Virus record (IMG/VR): IMGVR_UViG_3300021963_009201
Span: 126,034 to 190,033 of that record
Length of the DNA: 64,000 nucleotides
From: a virus
Strand: one strand, 5' to 3'
The position numbers were made by a program, and so were the translations under genes. This document shows positions 20,238 through 30,057 of this stretch, one piece after another. Below the pieces are notes generated by a model. It saw only the letters and a list, made by a program, of their open reading frames with translations. It made no database searches and was not told where the DNA came from. Position 1 is the stretch's first letter, and the number at the start of each line of letters is the position of its first letter.

Positions 20238-20623
20238 GCGTGATCCTTTTCGTTAATTGGATCAGCTATGTAGCCTTTTATGATTTGTCCTAAACCAGTT
20301 ACAAAGTCTTCGTCGAAGAATCCGTTTGCGTCGCAATTCCAGTCATAAATCACTAAATCAAATCGTTCATCTTGATAAGCGTAATACTCTTGATTTGCGC
20401 AGCGTGGTCTGTCAATGTTCTTTTGGAATGGTTTTGTTTCTTCTTGTTCGGATTCTTGCTTCTTGTCTAGCAATGAGCTTATAATCGCTAAGGGGCCAAC
20501 TTGCATTAGGTCTCCACCAGAACCAGCACCAAACACTGGGAAAACTGATAAGTAGGTGGATTTACGCCAGTCATTAAACCTAATTATTGGATTACGCAAT
20601 TGGATTATCCGCCGTAGGGTCAA
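20222..20623 (-). CDS. hypothetical protein
   Basis: Packed ORF. Confidence 0.55.
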   Translation of the reverse strand: MTLRRIIQLRNPIIRFNDWRKSTYLSVFPVFGAGSGGDLMQVGPLAIISSLLDKKQESEQEETKPFQKNIDRPRCANQEYYAYQDERFDLVIYDWNCDANGFFDEDFVTGLGQIIKGYIADPINEKDHAWANM

Positions 20624-20910
20624 TCATGGGCGGCATCGGTAGTGCATGCATTGGCGGTATCGATTGCATTACTGGCGTATAATGCGATTGATAGTAGCTA
20701 GCTTGCGGATTGTATGCGAATGGCGATGAAGTTCGTTTAAACATATCATCTACCGGCTTGCAGACACTGCGCGCGCAATCACATGCTGTAACAGCACCCT
20801 TTTTAAGTGCATTTGTACTGAGCTGCATAGCTTTGATTGAGCCAGAAAGATTATTGAGAGATGCCATTGGACCAATAATCCCGGGAATACCTGTTGTGAT
20901 GAAAAACGTT

Positions 20911-21495
20911 TCAGACTGCAACTGGCGCAGCTTGGAACGAAGTGACTTCAGTTTGCCATTCATTTGCTTCATTGCGATGCCTCCTGTAACGACGCCCATC
21001 CGCGCCAAAAGTACCCGACCAAATTTGAAACAGCAACATCCAAAACGATGCCCATGCCATTGGCGTAAACTTAATAGCCACTGAGATAAGCATTAGGATA
21101 ACTGACACAATAGACCCAATCATCGGGCCCGCCAAAGCGACCGATTGTAGATGATTTGGATCTTTACCTTTGACAGTCGTACCGCCTAGCACACCATATA
21201 TCAATGGAATGAAAAACGGAAGCAACGGCATTTGGCCTGTTTTCGCAGCTGCGAAATAATGACCAAACTCATGGGCTGCCACAATAATCATAATGACAGC
21301 ACCGAGCCATAATGGCAACATTGCATATAGTACAGCTGCAGTAGCAGCAGCAGTACCTAAGCAATAAGCGCCTTGCCAAGCAGCGCGCTTGATTTTCTTT
21401 GCGTTGAACTTATTACGCCATTTCATAAGCCAACCCCATTTCAGTGGCAAGATTGCGACTTCTGCGGTTGACATTTGAAAGCCATTTTTCTGCAA
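20911..21495 (-). CDS. site-2 protease (M50 family) intramembrane metalloprotease
   Basis: AHEFGH (HExxH) in a hydrophobic helix, AGP motif, distal ADG Asp; several TM segments. Confidence 0.8.
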   Translation of the reverse strand: MQKNGFQMSTAEVAILPLKWGWLMKWRNKFNAKKIKRAAWQGAYCLGTAAATAAVLYAMLPLWLGAVIMIIVAAHEFGHYFAAAKTGQMPLLPFFIPLIYGVLGGTTVKGKDPNHLQSVALAGPMIGSIVSVILMLISVAIKFTPMAWASFWMLLFQIWSGTFGADGRRYRRHRNEANEWQTEVTSFQAAPVAV

Positions 21496-21594
21496 ACGGA
21501 CTTACAAGTGCATCGAACGTTTGTTTGAATAGCCAGCCAAGAAAACTGAGCACGAACCATTTAGTTGCGCCTCTCAGTATGTAAGCTAAAACTT

Positions 21595-22098
21595 TCATGC
21601 TACACTCCAATCTGCGTGAATGTTTGATCGAATTGTTACATGCGAGACATTTACTTTATCTTGCTGCTCCTTTGCTTTACGGAACTTGCGACCATCACCA
21701 CCAAAAGTGGCAGTCAAAAGTTCTCGAATAACCATGCCACCAGCAAACCAGACGCCAATAGTGGATCCTACTAATAAAAACGCAATCAACATCGCTGAAC
21801 TTACAACAGAACCAAACAAAGGCCCAGCCATAGAGATCAGACGGATATTGCGTTTATCTTTTGTTGGAATCCATGTAGCGCCCATTGCTAGTGGGCCTAG
21901 TGGTATGAACATCGGCATTGCTGCTTTAACTCCTAAAAGCTTTGCCATGCCAAAGTGACCAAGTTCATGGGCAATCAGTACAGCCATCAGCATGACTATC
22001 AGCCAGTATGGATAGAATACTAGCATCATAGCTGCTGATGCTGCGATGGTTCCCATGAACCAACCAGCTTGAGTTAGTGACCATGTAAGTTTACTCAT
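21595..22098 (-). CDS. site-2 protease (M50 family) intramembrane metalloprotease, paralog
   Basis: AHELGH, AGP and GDG motifs; colinear with 20911-21495. Confidence 0.8.
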   Translation of the reverse strand: MSKLTWSLTQAGWFMGTIAASAAMMLVFYPYWLIVMLMAVLIAHELGHFGMAKLLGVKAAMPMFIPLGPLAMGATWIPTKDKRNIRLISMAGPLFGSVVSSAMLIAFLLVGSTIGVWFAGGMVIRELLTATFGGDGRKFRKAKEQQDKVNVSHVTIRSNIHADWSVA

Positions 22099-22457
22099 AG
22101 TGCGAAACTTTGCTTAATTAGTTCATGTGTCTTGTTGTTTGGATAGAATCTTACAACATGCAGGAATAGTTGATGATCATCTTGGTGTGTGACAATCTTG
22201 CCAGCAAAACCATCTTTGAACTTTGGGTGTAGCCAAGTGATTTGACGAGTCGAAGGGCTTTCTTCAATCCATCTTGTATTTGGTGAATCTTTTCTCATGT
22301 TTTGAGTGGCAAAAGCAAAATGGCCGTAAAATGTTCTATCGAATAGATTCATAGAATCATCAATTCGTTCTATGACTAAAGAATCTCTACCTACCCTGGC
22401 AATACGCGTGGGACTGTGCAAAGCGTTATGGATAGAGACCATTACATCAGCGTTCAT
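22095..22457 (-). CDS. hypothetical protein
   Basis: ATG with GGAG RBS and a TATACT -10-like box upstream. Confidence 0.65.
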   Translation of the reverse strand: MNADVMVSIHNALHSPTRIARVGRDSLVIERIDDSMNLFDRTFYGHFAFATQNMRKDSPNTRWIEESPSTRQITWLHPKFKDGFAGKIVTHQDDHQLFLHVVRFYPNNKTHELIKQSFAL

Positions 22458-22648
22458 ACTTCGATACTCCTTTTTCGTAGTATAAACCTATATAAATATA
22501 GGCTGTGAGAACATCAGAAAAAGATTTTTTGTGTGTTTTAAGTTAGAAATGGTTACATTTATGAATTTTTATTGATTTAAGCTTATACATATACAAATTC
22601 AAATGATTAACATTTCTGTGATTTAAAAGTACACAGAAAAAGTGTGTT

Positions 22649-22674
22649 GGGGACCGACCCGAAGGTCGGCCCCC
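22649..22674 (-). terminator. cUUCGg hairpin terminator at the left edge of the GC-rich block
   Basis: GGGGGCCGACC-UUCG-GGUCGGUCCCC then AACACACUUUUU. Confidence 0.65.
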
Positions 22675-22690
22675 GTGACACATTGAATGG

Positions 22691-23755
22691 TCAGAATGGT
22701 TCTTCACCATCAGCGACGACTACTCCAGCGGTGGTGTCGATGACGCTAGCACCGGCTGGCTTGTCTGAACGCGTGGTCCAGAAGTCGAGTTCCACTGGGC
22801 TTTCGATTGAGCCGAGCTGGACGCGACCGCTTGGGATGTTGGTGGTGTACCATTCACCATTTTTGGTGAGGCTTCCATCGGGCTGAGAGGTGAATCCGCT
22901 CTGTACGCCACCCCAGTTTCCGAGGGAGCGAGTGAAGTTGTTCATCTCTTTGACGATGGTCTCAAGACGTGCTTGAGCTTGGGTCTTTTTGGCACCAGTT
23001 GTTTCAGCGATCTCTTTCTCAGTCGCGCGCACAAGGGTGGCGAACTTGAAGTAGTTGAGAAGGCTGCTCATGGTTGAGTCGACCAGGTCGATGAATCCGG
23101 TGTTGGTGCGGTTCAGCGAACGGTCCTGGCGAAGCATTTCGAATCCGACAACTGGCACACCATCTTCATGACGGTATTGGCTGACGACTCGGTCAGAGTT
23201 GTTGACCTTGACAGCACCGAGTTCAATGAACTTTGATGCGGCAAGCTCAAATTGCTCTTCGCTGGTGCCTTGCTGTTCGAAGAAGAGGCTCATGCCACGA
23301 TAGTTGGCGAGTCCTTCTTCGGAATCGTTGATCGCAGCAAATCGCATGTTCTTATTTCCAATGATGGAAAGGAACTCTTCGCGCGAATACTGCTTGGAAG
23401 CAAAGGCGTTGGAAAGGTCAAGCATCTTGTCTACAAGGTCGATCTTCTCATCGTTTTCTTTGATAGAGATGTCGAACTTGACGTTGCTCATCGCACCGCG
23501 AGCGGTGTAAATGACGCGATTGTCGGTAGGACGAATACGCTTGATAAGGGTGAGTGTGGTAAGCCGACCTTCACGAAGGGTGACTTCGGCTGGGATTTGC
23601 TGATTGGCAAGGGTTCCGATGAACTGGCTTGGAACACCTTTACGAACCACTGTACGGTTCGAGTTGATGAATACGGTTTCATCGCTGATCAGTTCACCGA
23701 GGCTCTCTCCCGAGAGATCGAAACTGGACAGAATTGCTTCATTTGATACTGTCAT
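22691..23755 (-). CDS. hypothetical protein (354 aa, GC-rich codons)
   Basis: Long ORF with GAGG RBS; no recognised motif. Confidence 0.8.
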   Translation of the reverse strand: MTVSNEAILSSFDLSGESLGELISDETVFINSNRTVVRKGVPSQFIGTLANQQIPAEVTLREGRLTTLTLIKRIRPTDNRVIYTARGAMSNVKFDISIKENDEKIDLVDKMLDLSNAFASKQYSREEFLSIIGNKNMRFAAINDSEEGLANYRGMSLFFEQQGTSEEQFELAASKFIELGAVKVNNSDRVVSQYRHEDGVPVVGFEMLRQDRSLNRTNTGFIDLVDSTMSSLLNYFKFATLVRATEKEIAETTGAKKTQAQARLETIVKEMNNFTRSLGNWGGVQSGFTSQPDGSLTKNGEWYTTNIPSGRVQLGSIESPVELDFWTTRSDKPAGASVIDTTAGVVVADGEEPF

Positions 23756-23967
23756 TATGAATTACCTCATTGTTGTGTGGTTTTATTTGGGAAGACAGCA
23801 GGCTTATTACGGACTGCCTTCGTCTCCCCCTTCTTTCTCTATAGAAAGATCTGGATCCGCCGCATAATAGATAACGACTAGCGTTACTGCGATTATCGGT
23901 AGGAGAATAAGAAAGAATGGAAGTATTACAAATGCGCATAATAGAAAGAATAGGATTGTTTTCATAG

Positions 23968-24040
23968 TGCCTCCAGTAGGGATCGAACCTACGACCAGCG
24001 GATTAAAAGTCCGTTGCTCTACCAGCTGAGCTATAGAGGC
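23968..24040 (-). tRNA. tRNA-Lys(UUU)
   Basis: Cloverleaf; anticodon loop CU-UUU-AA. Confidence 0.93.
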
Positions 24041-24273
24041 GTAGCGGAGCAGTGGACGACACCCGACGTGTCTTATGAGGTCCACTGCTCCACACCTTTA
24101 GTCCCTAAACTGGAGAGTTTTCCATGTTGAGGAGCATGCCAGAGAGCATGAGTCCGAGAGTGTAGGTTGTTGTATCTCCGGACCAGGTAATGGAATTCCC
24201 GTCAATGCCTCCTACGGGAACATTGATTTGTTCTCCTGTCACCTTGGTAGGTGTCACTGAATGCATTAATGCA

Positions 24274-24552
24274 TCAGCCACATATTTGATCAGGTCTTTC
24301 TGGTCTTGGTTCATTGCTTTCCTTTTCGGCTTTGTAGGCCAGTAGTTCTGCGAAACGGATCACTTCTTTTTCCAAAAGCTCTAAATGCAGTTGCCTTTTC
24401 CGCTCGATTGCTTCTTCAAGAGCTAGTTCTGCTCCTCGTATGAGGAGGCTATGAACTGAGGTTTTTGGAAGAAATGACGCATTGTATTTCAGTTGAGCAT
24501 GGAGTTCTACTGGAATACGTAGCGATACTCCCTGGGTTTCTTTCTTGTCCAC
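24274..24552 (-). CDS. ribbon-helix-helix (Arc-like) DNA-binding protein
   Basis: VSLRIPVELHAQLK...SVHSLL pattern. Confidence 0.6.
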   Translation of the reverse strand: MDKKETQGVSLRIPVELHAQLKYNASFLPKTSVHSLLIRGAELALEEAIERKRQLHLELLEKEVIRFAELLAYKAEKESNEPRPERPDQICG

Positions 24553-24862
24553 AAATACTCCTTGGGTTGAGGTTAGAATTTGTGTAGGTTACATGTCTTC
24601 TTCCAGGTCGATTCGGATGACGTGTCCGTTGGAGTAGTTGATGGTTGCGCCAGTGATTAGTTCGTTGTGAAAGATTTTACGAACGAGCGGTTCAAGTTTC
24701 ATGCAGTCGACAGGGTCTTTGGTTTTAACTGAGAACTTGTCAATATCTCCGCTGGTTCGTGTGATAATGAGTTTGCGCATAATCATGATTATAGGATCTT
24801 TAGGAAGAACATGATGGCGGATGGGATGAAGAACAGGAATGCGACTATGAGTTGAGCGATCA

Positions 24863-25078
24863 TTAGTACTCCTCTGTTCCAAAGGCTTCTTTCCAGCAGT
24901 GTGGATGGAATCCTGTTTTTAGGATTTCGCGCTCAGCATCATTGAGTGCTGGGAATGCATCTTGAATGTATGCTCCTTTTTTCCAATCCATAAGGGATCG
25001 GTAAGGTAGGAACATAATAGATTTCCTACCACAGTGTGGGCAAGGAGGTGTTGTGTGGTTGACAATTCGTGATGTCAC
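24863..25078 (-). CDS. small Zn-ribbon protein
   Basis: CPHCG...GFHPHCW; GUG start with GGAAAG upstream. Confidence 0.6.
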   Translation of the reverse strand: MTSRIVNHTTPPCPHCGRKSIMFLPYRSLMDWKKGAYIQDAFPALNDAEREILKTGFHPHCWKEAFGTEEY

Positions 25079-25702
25079 GACTTTCCTTTTCCTGGTGAGT
25101 GGGGCCCTTGCCCCACATTTTATTGAATCGCGCTATAGATTAGAGGATTACGGCTATAGCAAAGATGCTGAAGCCTATAGCAGCAATAAGGTATTGTTTC
25201 CAGAAGATGTTGTAGTATTTGCGTTTGAATGAGTTGTAGAAGTGCATACTCAACCTTTCAGTTTTGAGATTTCGCGCCGAATAACAATACTCTATCTTCA
25301 GTAGAGAGATAACTATACAGAGAGAGAACAATAGATGTTCCTCTTTGCTCAGATCCTTTTCAGAGGCCTTCTATAGGTTCCACCCAAAAATGTCTAAGAT
25401 TCTATCATTACCTTAACATTAATTATCATTATTCCTTGGGGTATAAGAGTTCTTAGCAAGTTGTTTGAGTTTCCGCTTTGCGAGAAATGCTTCTGTTTGG
25501 TCTTGGATGACTTCGTTGAGTACTCGTAGGAAGTCTGGGTCTAGTGGGACTAGTGGTTTCATTGTATATACTCTCTCTCTAGGGAAATGTATACCATTTG
25601 ATGTTGGGCGGGCCTCCAGCCACTGGCGGGAATGTGACTGGAGACCCTGCCCTAGCGTAGGAGCTAGGCCGGCGGAAGGCCATATTGCTCAACTACGCTA
25701 AG

Positions 25703-25776
25703 TGCACCAACTAGGACTTGAACCTAGGACCGACGAATTATGAGTTCGCTGCTCTGACCAGCTGAGCTATTGGTGC
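25703..25776 (-). tRNA. tRNA with CAU anticodon (elongator Met or lysidine Ile2; not resolvable by eye)
   Basis: Cloverleaf; anticodon loop CU-CAU-AA; G1-C72 paired, so not initiator. Confidence 0.88.
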
Positions 25777-25967
25777 GTGGTAGGGTTGGTGTAAGTTCGC
25801 GAAACTTACGCGTCGTTTATTAGACTGCCAACCCCCCAGATCATATGATCAGTATGATCCAGTTGCATGACTATAGGGCTAGATGTTGGTGGCATGCCAG
25901 CATTCAACATCTTTCAGAGAATGGTTGTACGTGCTCACTGATTACAGTGGCCCATGTCTCAATGCCA

Positions 25968-25992
25968 CCCCCCAGCCCCCGCTTCGCGGGGG
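25968..25992. repeat. C/G-rich hairpin repeat E, copy 1
   Basis: CCCCCCAG-CCCCCGC-TTC-GCGGGGG. Confidence 0.85.
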
Positions 25993-26029
25993 TGAGGACG
26001 CTCTAGGCTTAAAGCCTGTTTATACTGGC

Positions 26030-26332
26030 CTAGTCCAGTTGAAGAATTTTGTCGATGCTTTCAGGAGTGTAGCCTGCGGCGTTTAGTTCCTGATCGACTG
26101 CTTCTTCGTAGGTTTTGATGAGGTTTGGGGATGCTTCCACAATGGTTTCTCCGTAGAGTACTGTTGTATTCTCTAGGAGTGCTTTCATGTGTGCGTTGAG
26201 TCTGCGTACGCATTCTACGAACATGAGTTGTTCGTGAGTGTTGTATGCGATTTTGATGAGGCCTTCCATTTCATGGAGTCGTGCTTGCGATGCTTTAGTC
26301 AAGGTGATCTTGGCTTTTTCCAATGTGGTCAT
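26030..26332 (-). CDS. hypothetical protein (start reassigned to MTTLEKAK)
   Basis: AGGGAGG RBS before ATG at 26332. Confidence 0.7.
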   Translation of the reverse strand: MTTLEKAKITLTKASQARLHEMEGLIKIAYNTHEQLMFVECVRRLNAHMKALLENTTVLYGETIVEASPNLIKTYEEAVDQELNAAGYTPESIDKILQLD

Positions 26333-26368
26333 TGGTTCCTCCCTAGGGTCGGTGATTGTTTTTTTGAG

Positions 26369-26401
26369 CCCCCCCTGTATCCCCCCCCGCTTTCGCGGGG
26401 G
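26369..26401. repeat. C/G-rich hairpin repeat E, copy 2
   Basis: CCCCCCC-TGTAT-CCCCCCCCGC-TTTC-GCGGGGG. Confidence 0.8.
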
Positions 26402-26452
26402 AGGATCAGTCACCAGGGAGGATGATTGTTATCATCTCCTGTTGTCTTTTTA

Positions 26453-26479
26453 CCCCCCCAGCCCCCCGCTTCGCGGGGG
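26453..26479. repeat. C/G-rich hairpin repeat E, copy 3
   Basis: CCCCCCCAG-CCCCCCGC-TTC-GCGGGGG. Confidence 0.85.
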
Positions 26480-26530
26480 TGGCATGAAATCAATATGTAT
26501 GATATTCATAGGAGGAGTAATACATACAGT

Positions 26531-26929
26531 TCAGGAGTTGAACATTGGCAGTCCTTCCATCATCTTTTTCATTCGTGATGCCATGATGGCGTCTTGTGTG
26601 AATCCGATGGTGGAAAGGAGGAGAAGCATTGCCGGCAGGATCGCAACCCACCATGCCGAAATAAACGACATGGAGAATACGGTCATGAGACCTGCTGCGA
26701 TAATGTACTGTGCGAACAGTGCTGCAGTGATGATGAGTGCTGCCATGGTAACAACCTTGCCAGCGTGCATCATTGTATGTCCGCGTGAAGCAACGAAACG
26801 ACGAGTCTTGCGAGACGCGTTCTTTGTCACGTTCCAAGCAGCACGAAATGCTTCTCGTGCTTGAGACGGCTTGTCTGGAGCGATTTGCTCTAGTTCGATT
26901 TCATGAATCGAATCGATTGGGATACCCAT
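26531..26929 (-). CDS. membrane protein, hypothetical
   Basis: GGAGG RBS; TAATG coupling; two to three hydrophobic segments. Confidence 0.7.
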   Translation of the reverse strand: MGIPIDSIHEIELEQIAPDKPSQAREAFRAAWNVTKNASRKTRRFVASRGHTMMHAGKVVTMAALIITAALFAQYIIAAGLMTVFSMSFISAWWVAILPAMLLLLSTIGFTQDAIMASRMKKMMEGLPMFNS

Positions 26930-27378
26930 TATACAACCTCCGGAGTTGGACGGTGGATTTTGCTTTTTACTGATTCGAAGGTGCGGATACACCAACGAAG
27001 GATGCGGAATGGCAATGTCAAGATCATGGCAATGCCAACCACGATTTTAGCGAGATCAGACATGGTCTGATGGATTTGCTCACGGTTTTTGTCATATTTG
27101 GCTTTAGCAGCCTTGACAGTAGGTTTACCGTTCTGTTCCCAAGATGACACAACACCATACATGGGTTGAGACAGAACAGTAGACAAAATACCTGCTGAAG
27201 CAACAACCATACCTGCTGCTGGAAACAGCATCATAGATCCAATGGAAATGAGGATTGAGATGCCAAGATTCGCCAAGACGAAACGTTTAGAGATTTCTTC
27301 AAGTCCAAGAGCCTTGACAATCTTGAACTCAAAGTACAACTGGCCAATGGTCAGAAGTACCAAGATAGTGAGGAACAT
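26929..27378 (-). CDS. membrane protein, hypothetical
   Basis: CCAGGGAG RBS; several hydrophobic segments. Confidence 0.7.
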   Translation of the reverse strand: MFLTILVLLTIGQLYFEFKIVKALGLEEISKRFVLANLGISILISIGSMMLFPAAGMVVASAGILSTVLSQPMYGVVSSWEQNGKPTVKAAKAKYDKNREQIHQTMSDLAKIVVGIAMILTLPFRILRWCIRTFESVKSKIHRPTPEVV

Positions 27379-28359
27379 GTTATTCTCCCTGGGTCATGGG
27401 GGTCTCCCCCCCCTCCTTTTTACTTCAAATCGCGCATTATCAAATCATAATGATAATCGCAGTAGGACGTTTCTGTCCCTTGATTGAATGGCTCACAGCC
27501 ACAAGGTTCGCTCAACTGGAAAGCAGACCCTTTAGAAGCAGTCCGCAGTTCCAGTTCTTCGAGCGTGCAATCAAGACATATCTCGGCGTTATGATCATCA
27601 TCAACACAACGCCAGCATCTACAACAATGAGGTCTCATCGACGTGAAGCCTTGTGGATAACATACGTGAGGAGCACTTTGACAGTAATGAAACCAGCGAG
27701 AGCAAAGATTCCTTGACGGACAAGCGCGCGCTGCTGTTCTTCACTGTATTGAGGTAAACTGTTGCGATGTTCTTTGATTTCCATGATTGCTCCTTTCAGA
27801 AGCAAGAGTAAGAATCAAGCCATTCCAAGGCCTGATGTTGATGAACAAACTGCTCTACCAGAGTTGGTGACTGGCTGGCATGAGGCACAACCAAAGCAAT
27901 CCAATCTGTACCATGACGAAAGATAAAGCCGGTAGAATCACCAAGGTTGCTTTTGAAACCAGCGAAATCTTTCATGTGCTGATCAACTAGCATCATTTAC
28001 TCCTTCATCGGGACACGAATCGGTTAGGATCACTGAATCGATTGTGGGATCCAGATCATACAGTATGTCATTCCAAGACTTGGAACACATGAAGAGGATT
28101 TCTTTACCATGATGGATTTCTTCAAGATTTAGATAATCGTTTTTACAAATCGTACACTTCATTTTGAAGCGTCCTCCCAAGTGTTTTTCACGTAATGCGC
28201 GAAATCAGAAGACTTACGGTAAACATTAGATCCCGCTTGACCCGCAAGTTCAACTGCTTTGATAACCAAACCAACAACGAAAGCAAAAATACAGAACAAC
28301 AACGCTAAAGCAATCACAAATCCTCCTGGTGTGCTGTGATCGAACAACGGACCCCTAAA

Positions 28360-28393
28360 TAAGAAAGGGGCAGATACCCGAAGGTACCCACCC
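28360..28393 (-). terminator. cUUCGg hairpin terminator after ssb
   Basis: GGGUGGGUACC-UUCG-GGUAUCUGCCC then CUUUCUU. Confidence 0.65.
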
Positions 28394-28401
28394 CCAACTC
28401 A

Positions 28402-28761
28402 TCAGTCGAAAGGCAGTTCCACTGGAACCGACTCGGACTTACGACGCTCAGTGAGAGGCTTCCACACTGAAGCGCCACGAATGACATGACGAGTGCGCTT
28501 AGCACCACTGTCCTTGTCAACCCATGACTGCTGGACAAGACGACCCGACACCGAGACAAACGAGCCCTTCTTCAAAGACTCTGCCACGATATTAGCCAAA
28601 TCGTCCCAAACCTGAACGGTAACCCAGGTAGTATTACCCTGGGAACCATCACGCAGACGAGGGGTGTTCGCGAGACTGAACGAAGCCACGGGACCATTAT
28701 CAGTCACACGCAGTTCCGGGTCAGCCCCAAGATTACCAGTGATTTCGATGTTATTCATCAT
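28402..28761 (-). CDS. ssb: single-stranded DNA-binding protein
   Basis: I.GNLG.DPELR...VASFSLA...WV.V.VW..LA......L.KGS.V.V.GRL OB fold; C-terminal LPF-like tail. Confidence 0.92.
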   Translation of the reverse strand: MMNNIEITGNLGADPELRVTDNGPVASFSLANTPRLRDGSQGNTTWVTVQVWDDLANIVAESLKKGSFVSVSGRLVQQSWVDKDSGAKRTRHVIRGASVWKPLTERRKSESVPVELPFD

Positions 28762-28970
28762 TCACCACCGATCTCTGGGATCTTCCCAGCCTGATCCGCC
28801 ACGAACTTCGTCGAAACCTTAGTGGCCTTGACCGTGGTATTGACGACCTTGACCGAACCGGTCTTAGTCTTGTGTGCAGCCTTGACTGTGGTGGTCTTAG
28901 CAACACGGGTGGCATCGGAAGCAAGACGCTTACCGACCTGGACGCTGACGGACAACTTGTCCTTCAACAT
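28758..28970 (-). CDS. small basic K/T/V-rich protein
   Basis: GGAGG RBS; coupled to ssb. Confidence 0.6.
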   Translation of the reverse strand: MLKDKLSVSVQVGKRLASDATRVAKTTTVKAAHKTKTGSVKVVNTTVKATKVSTKFVADQAGKIPEIGGE

Positions 28971-29450
28971 AGTGACCTCCTATAGGTCATGTTGGTAGAG
29001 GAACCCAATGTTCCCCTTCTTTATCGTACGCCCGATAAGCGCACTGGAGGACACACCGATTACCCGCAGGGGGACGAGAACCGATGTGCCCACCAGTACG
29101 GGCCGACTTTAGAAGCCGACCAGTACCGGGGAGGATAAACTTTAGAAGTTCACATGCGTGTAAATAGGAGTATCTTCGCATCGAGTAACAGTGATACGAA
29201 TATTATCCATCACCCAAACAGTATGATTACCATTCTGGTGATCAAGAACAAACCCATTTTTAGCAAACGCACGATTCGCTTCAATCGCACGATTCACATG
29301 ATGAGGATAATCAGGTGAAGTCGGCTCATCAAGATAGAACCGAACAGAATCAGAAACAAGCGTAGACATAATGAAACTCCTTGGTGTGAAGGAAAGAATG
29401 AACAAAAAGAGAAATGTGGAGGGCTGAGACAGTCCCAACCCCCCACTTTA

Positions 29451-29885
29451 TCACTTAGGCTGACGAATCCACTCAACCTTAGACGGATCTAACGTGACGA
29501 CCTTGCCGTTACGCAGACGAAACGCGACACCATCAAAGTTGATGATATGCGGCTCATACAAGTTCCCATGATAATAGAGAACAGGACCATCATCATCACT
29601 GTCAGGATCAACAGTGACAACATCAGCAGCAGGAGCAGGAGGAGGTGTAGATCCATGATCAGAACACGTCCAACGCTTACCTTGGCCCTTAGGCTGCAAC
29701 ATGAAGTTCCGGCAAGAAGTCTTGGCACAAAAAACCTTCAACATGCCAACAGGAACAACAGGGGAAAGAATATCCGGAGTGGCTACCGGAGGAACAGACT
29801 TGGAGGATGCGACCAAACGTTCAGCCGCAACCAACATGCCTTTGCTGATCAACTCAGCACGAAACTGCTCAATGGACTTGGACAT
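29451..29885 (-). CDS. hypothetical protein with Zn-ribbon and Pro/Ala linker
   Basis: CAKTSC...CSDH; CCAGGGAGG RBS before ATG at 29885. Confidence 0.65.
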   Translation of the reverse strand: MSKSIEQFRAELISKGMLVAAERLVASSKSVPPVATPDILSPVVPVGMLKVFCAKTSCRNFMLQPKGQGKRWTCSDHGSTPPPAPAADVVTVDPDSDDDGPVLYYHGNLYEPHIINFDGVAFRLRNGKVVTLDPSKVEWIRQPK

Positions 29886-30057
29886 AATGACCTCCCTGGT
29901 CACAGAGGGACTCGACTTTCGAATCCCCCAACTTTATAAAACTGTTCAAACCTACGACTCTTTCCATCGAAGGCTTTAGAAGTGAAGGCTTTGTCTTTCA
30001 CCTCGCAGAGGCAGCGCCCGAGCTGAAAAGGTGCGAAAGCACCGGAGCAGGGCGCCT

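Noticed and set aside
25680-25702. Theta (minimal HDV-like) ribozyme after the CAU tRNA or other tRNAs
   Set aside because: The trailer does not start with G and does not form the nested double pseudoknot; no such fold was seen after the other tRNAs
28399-28405. CUGAUGA on the minus strand after ssb as a third hammerhead
   Set aside because: It is the ssb stop followed by a second TGA; there is no GAAA or stem III, and the next hairpin is a UUCG terminator
29049-29091. UUCUCGU as the L3 loop of an HDV-like ribozyme
   Set aside because: P1/P3 cannot be built and no catalytic C in a J4/2 context; the flanks pair better as one 12-bp hairpin
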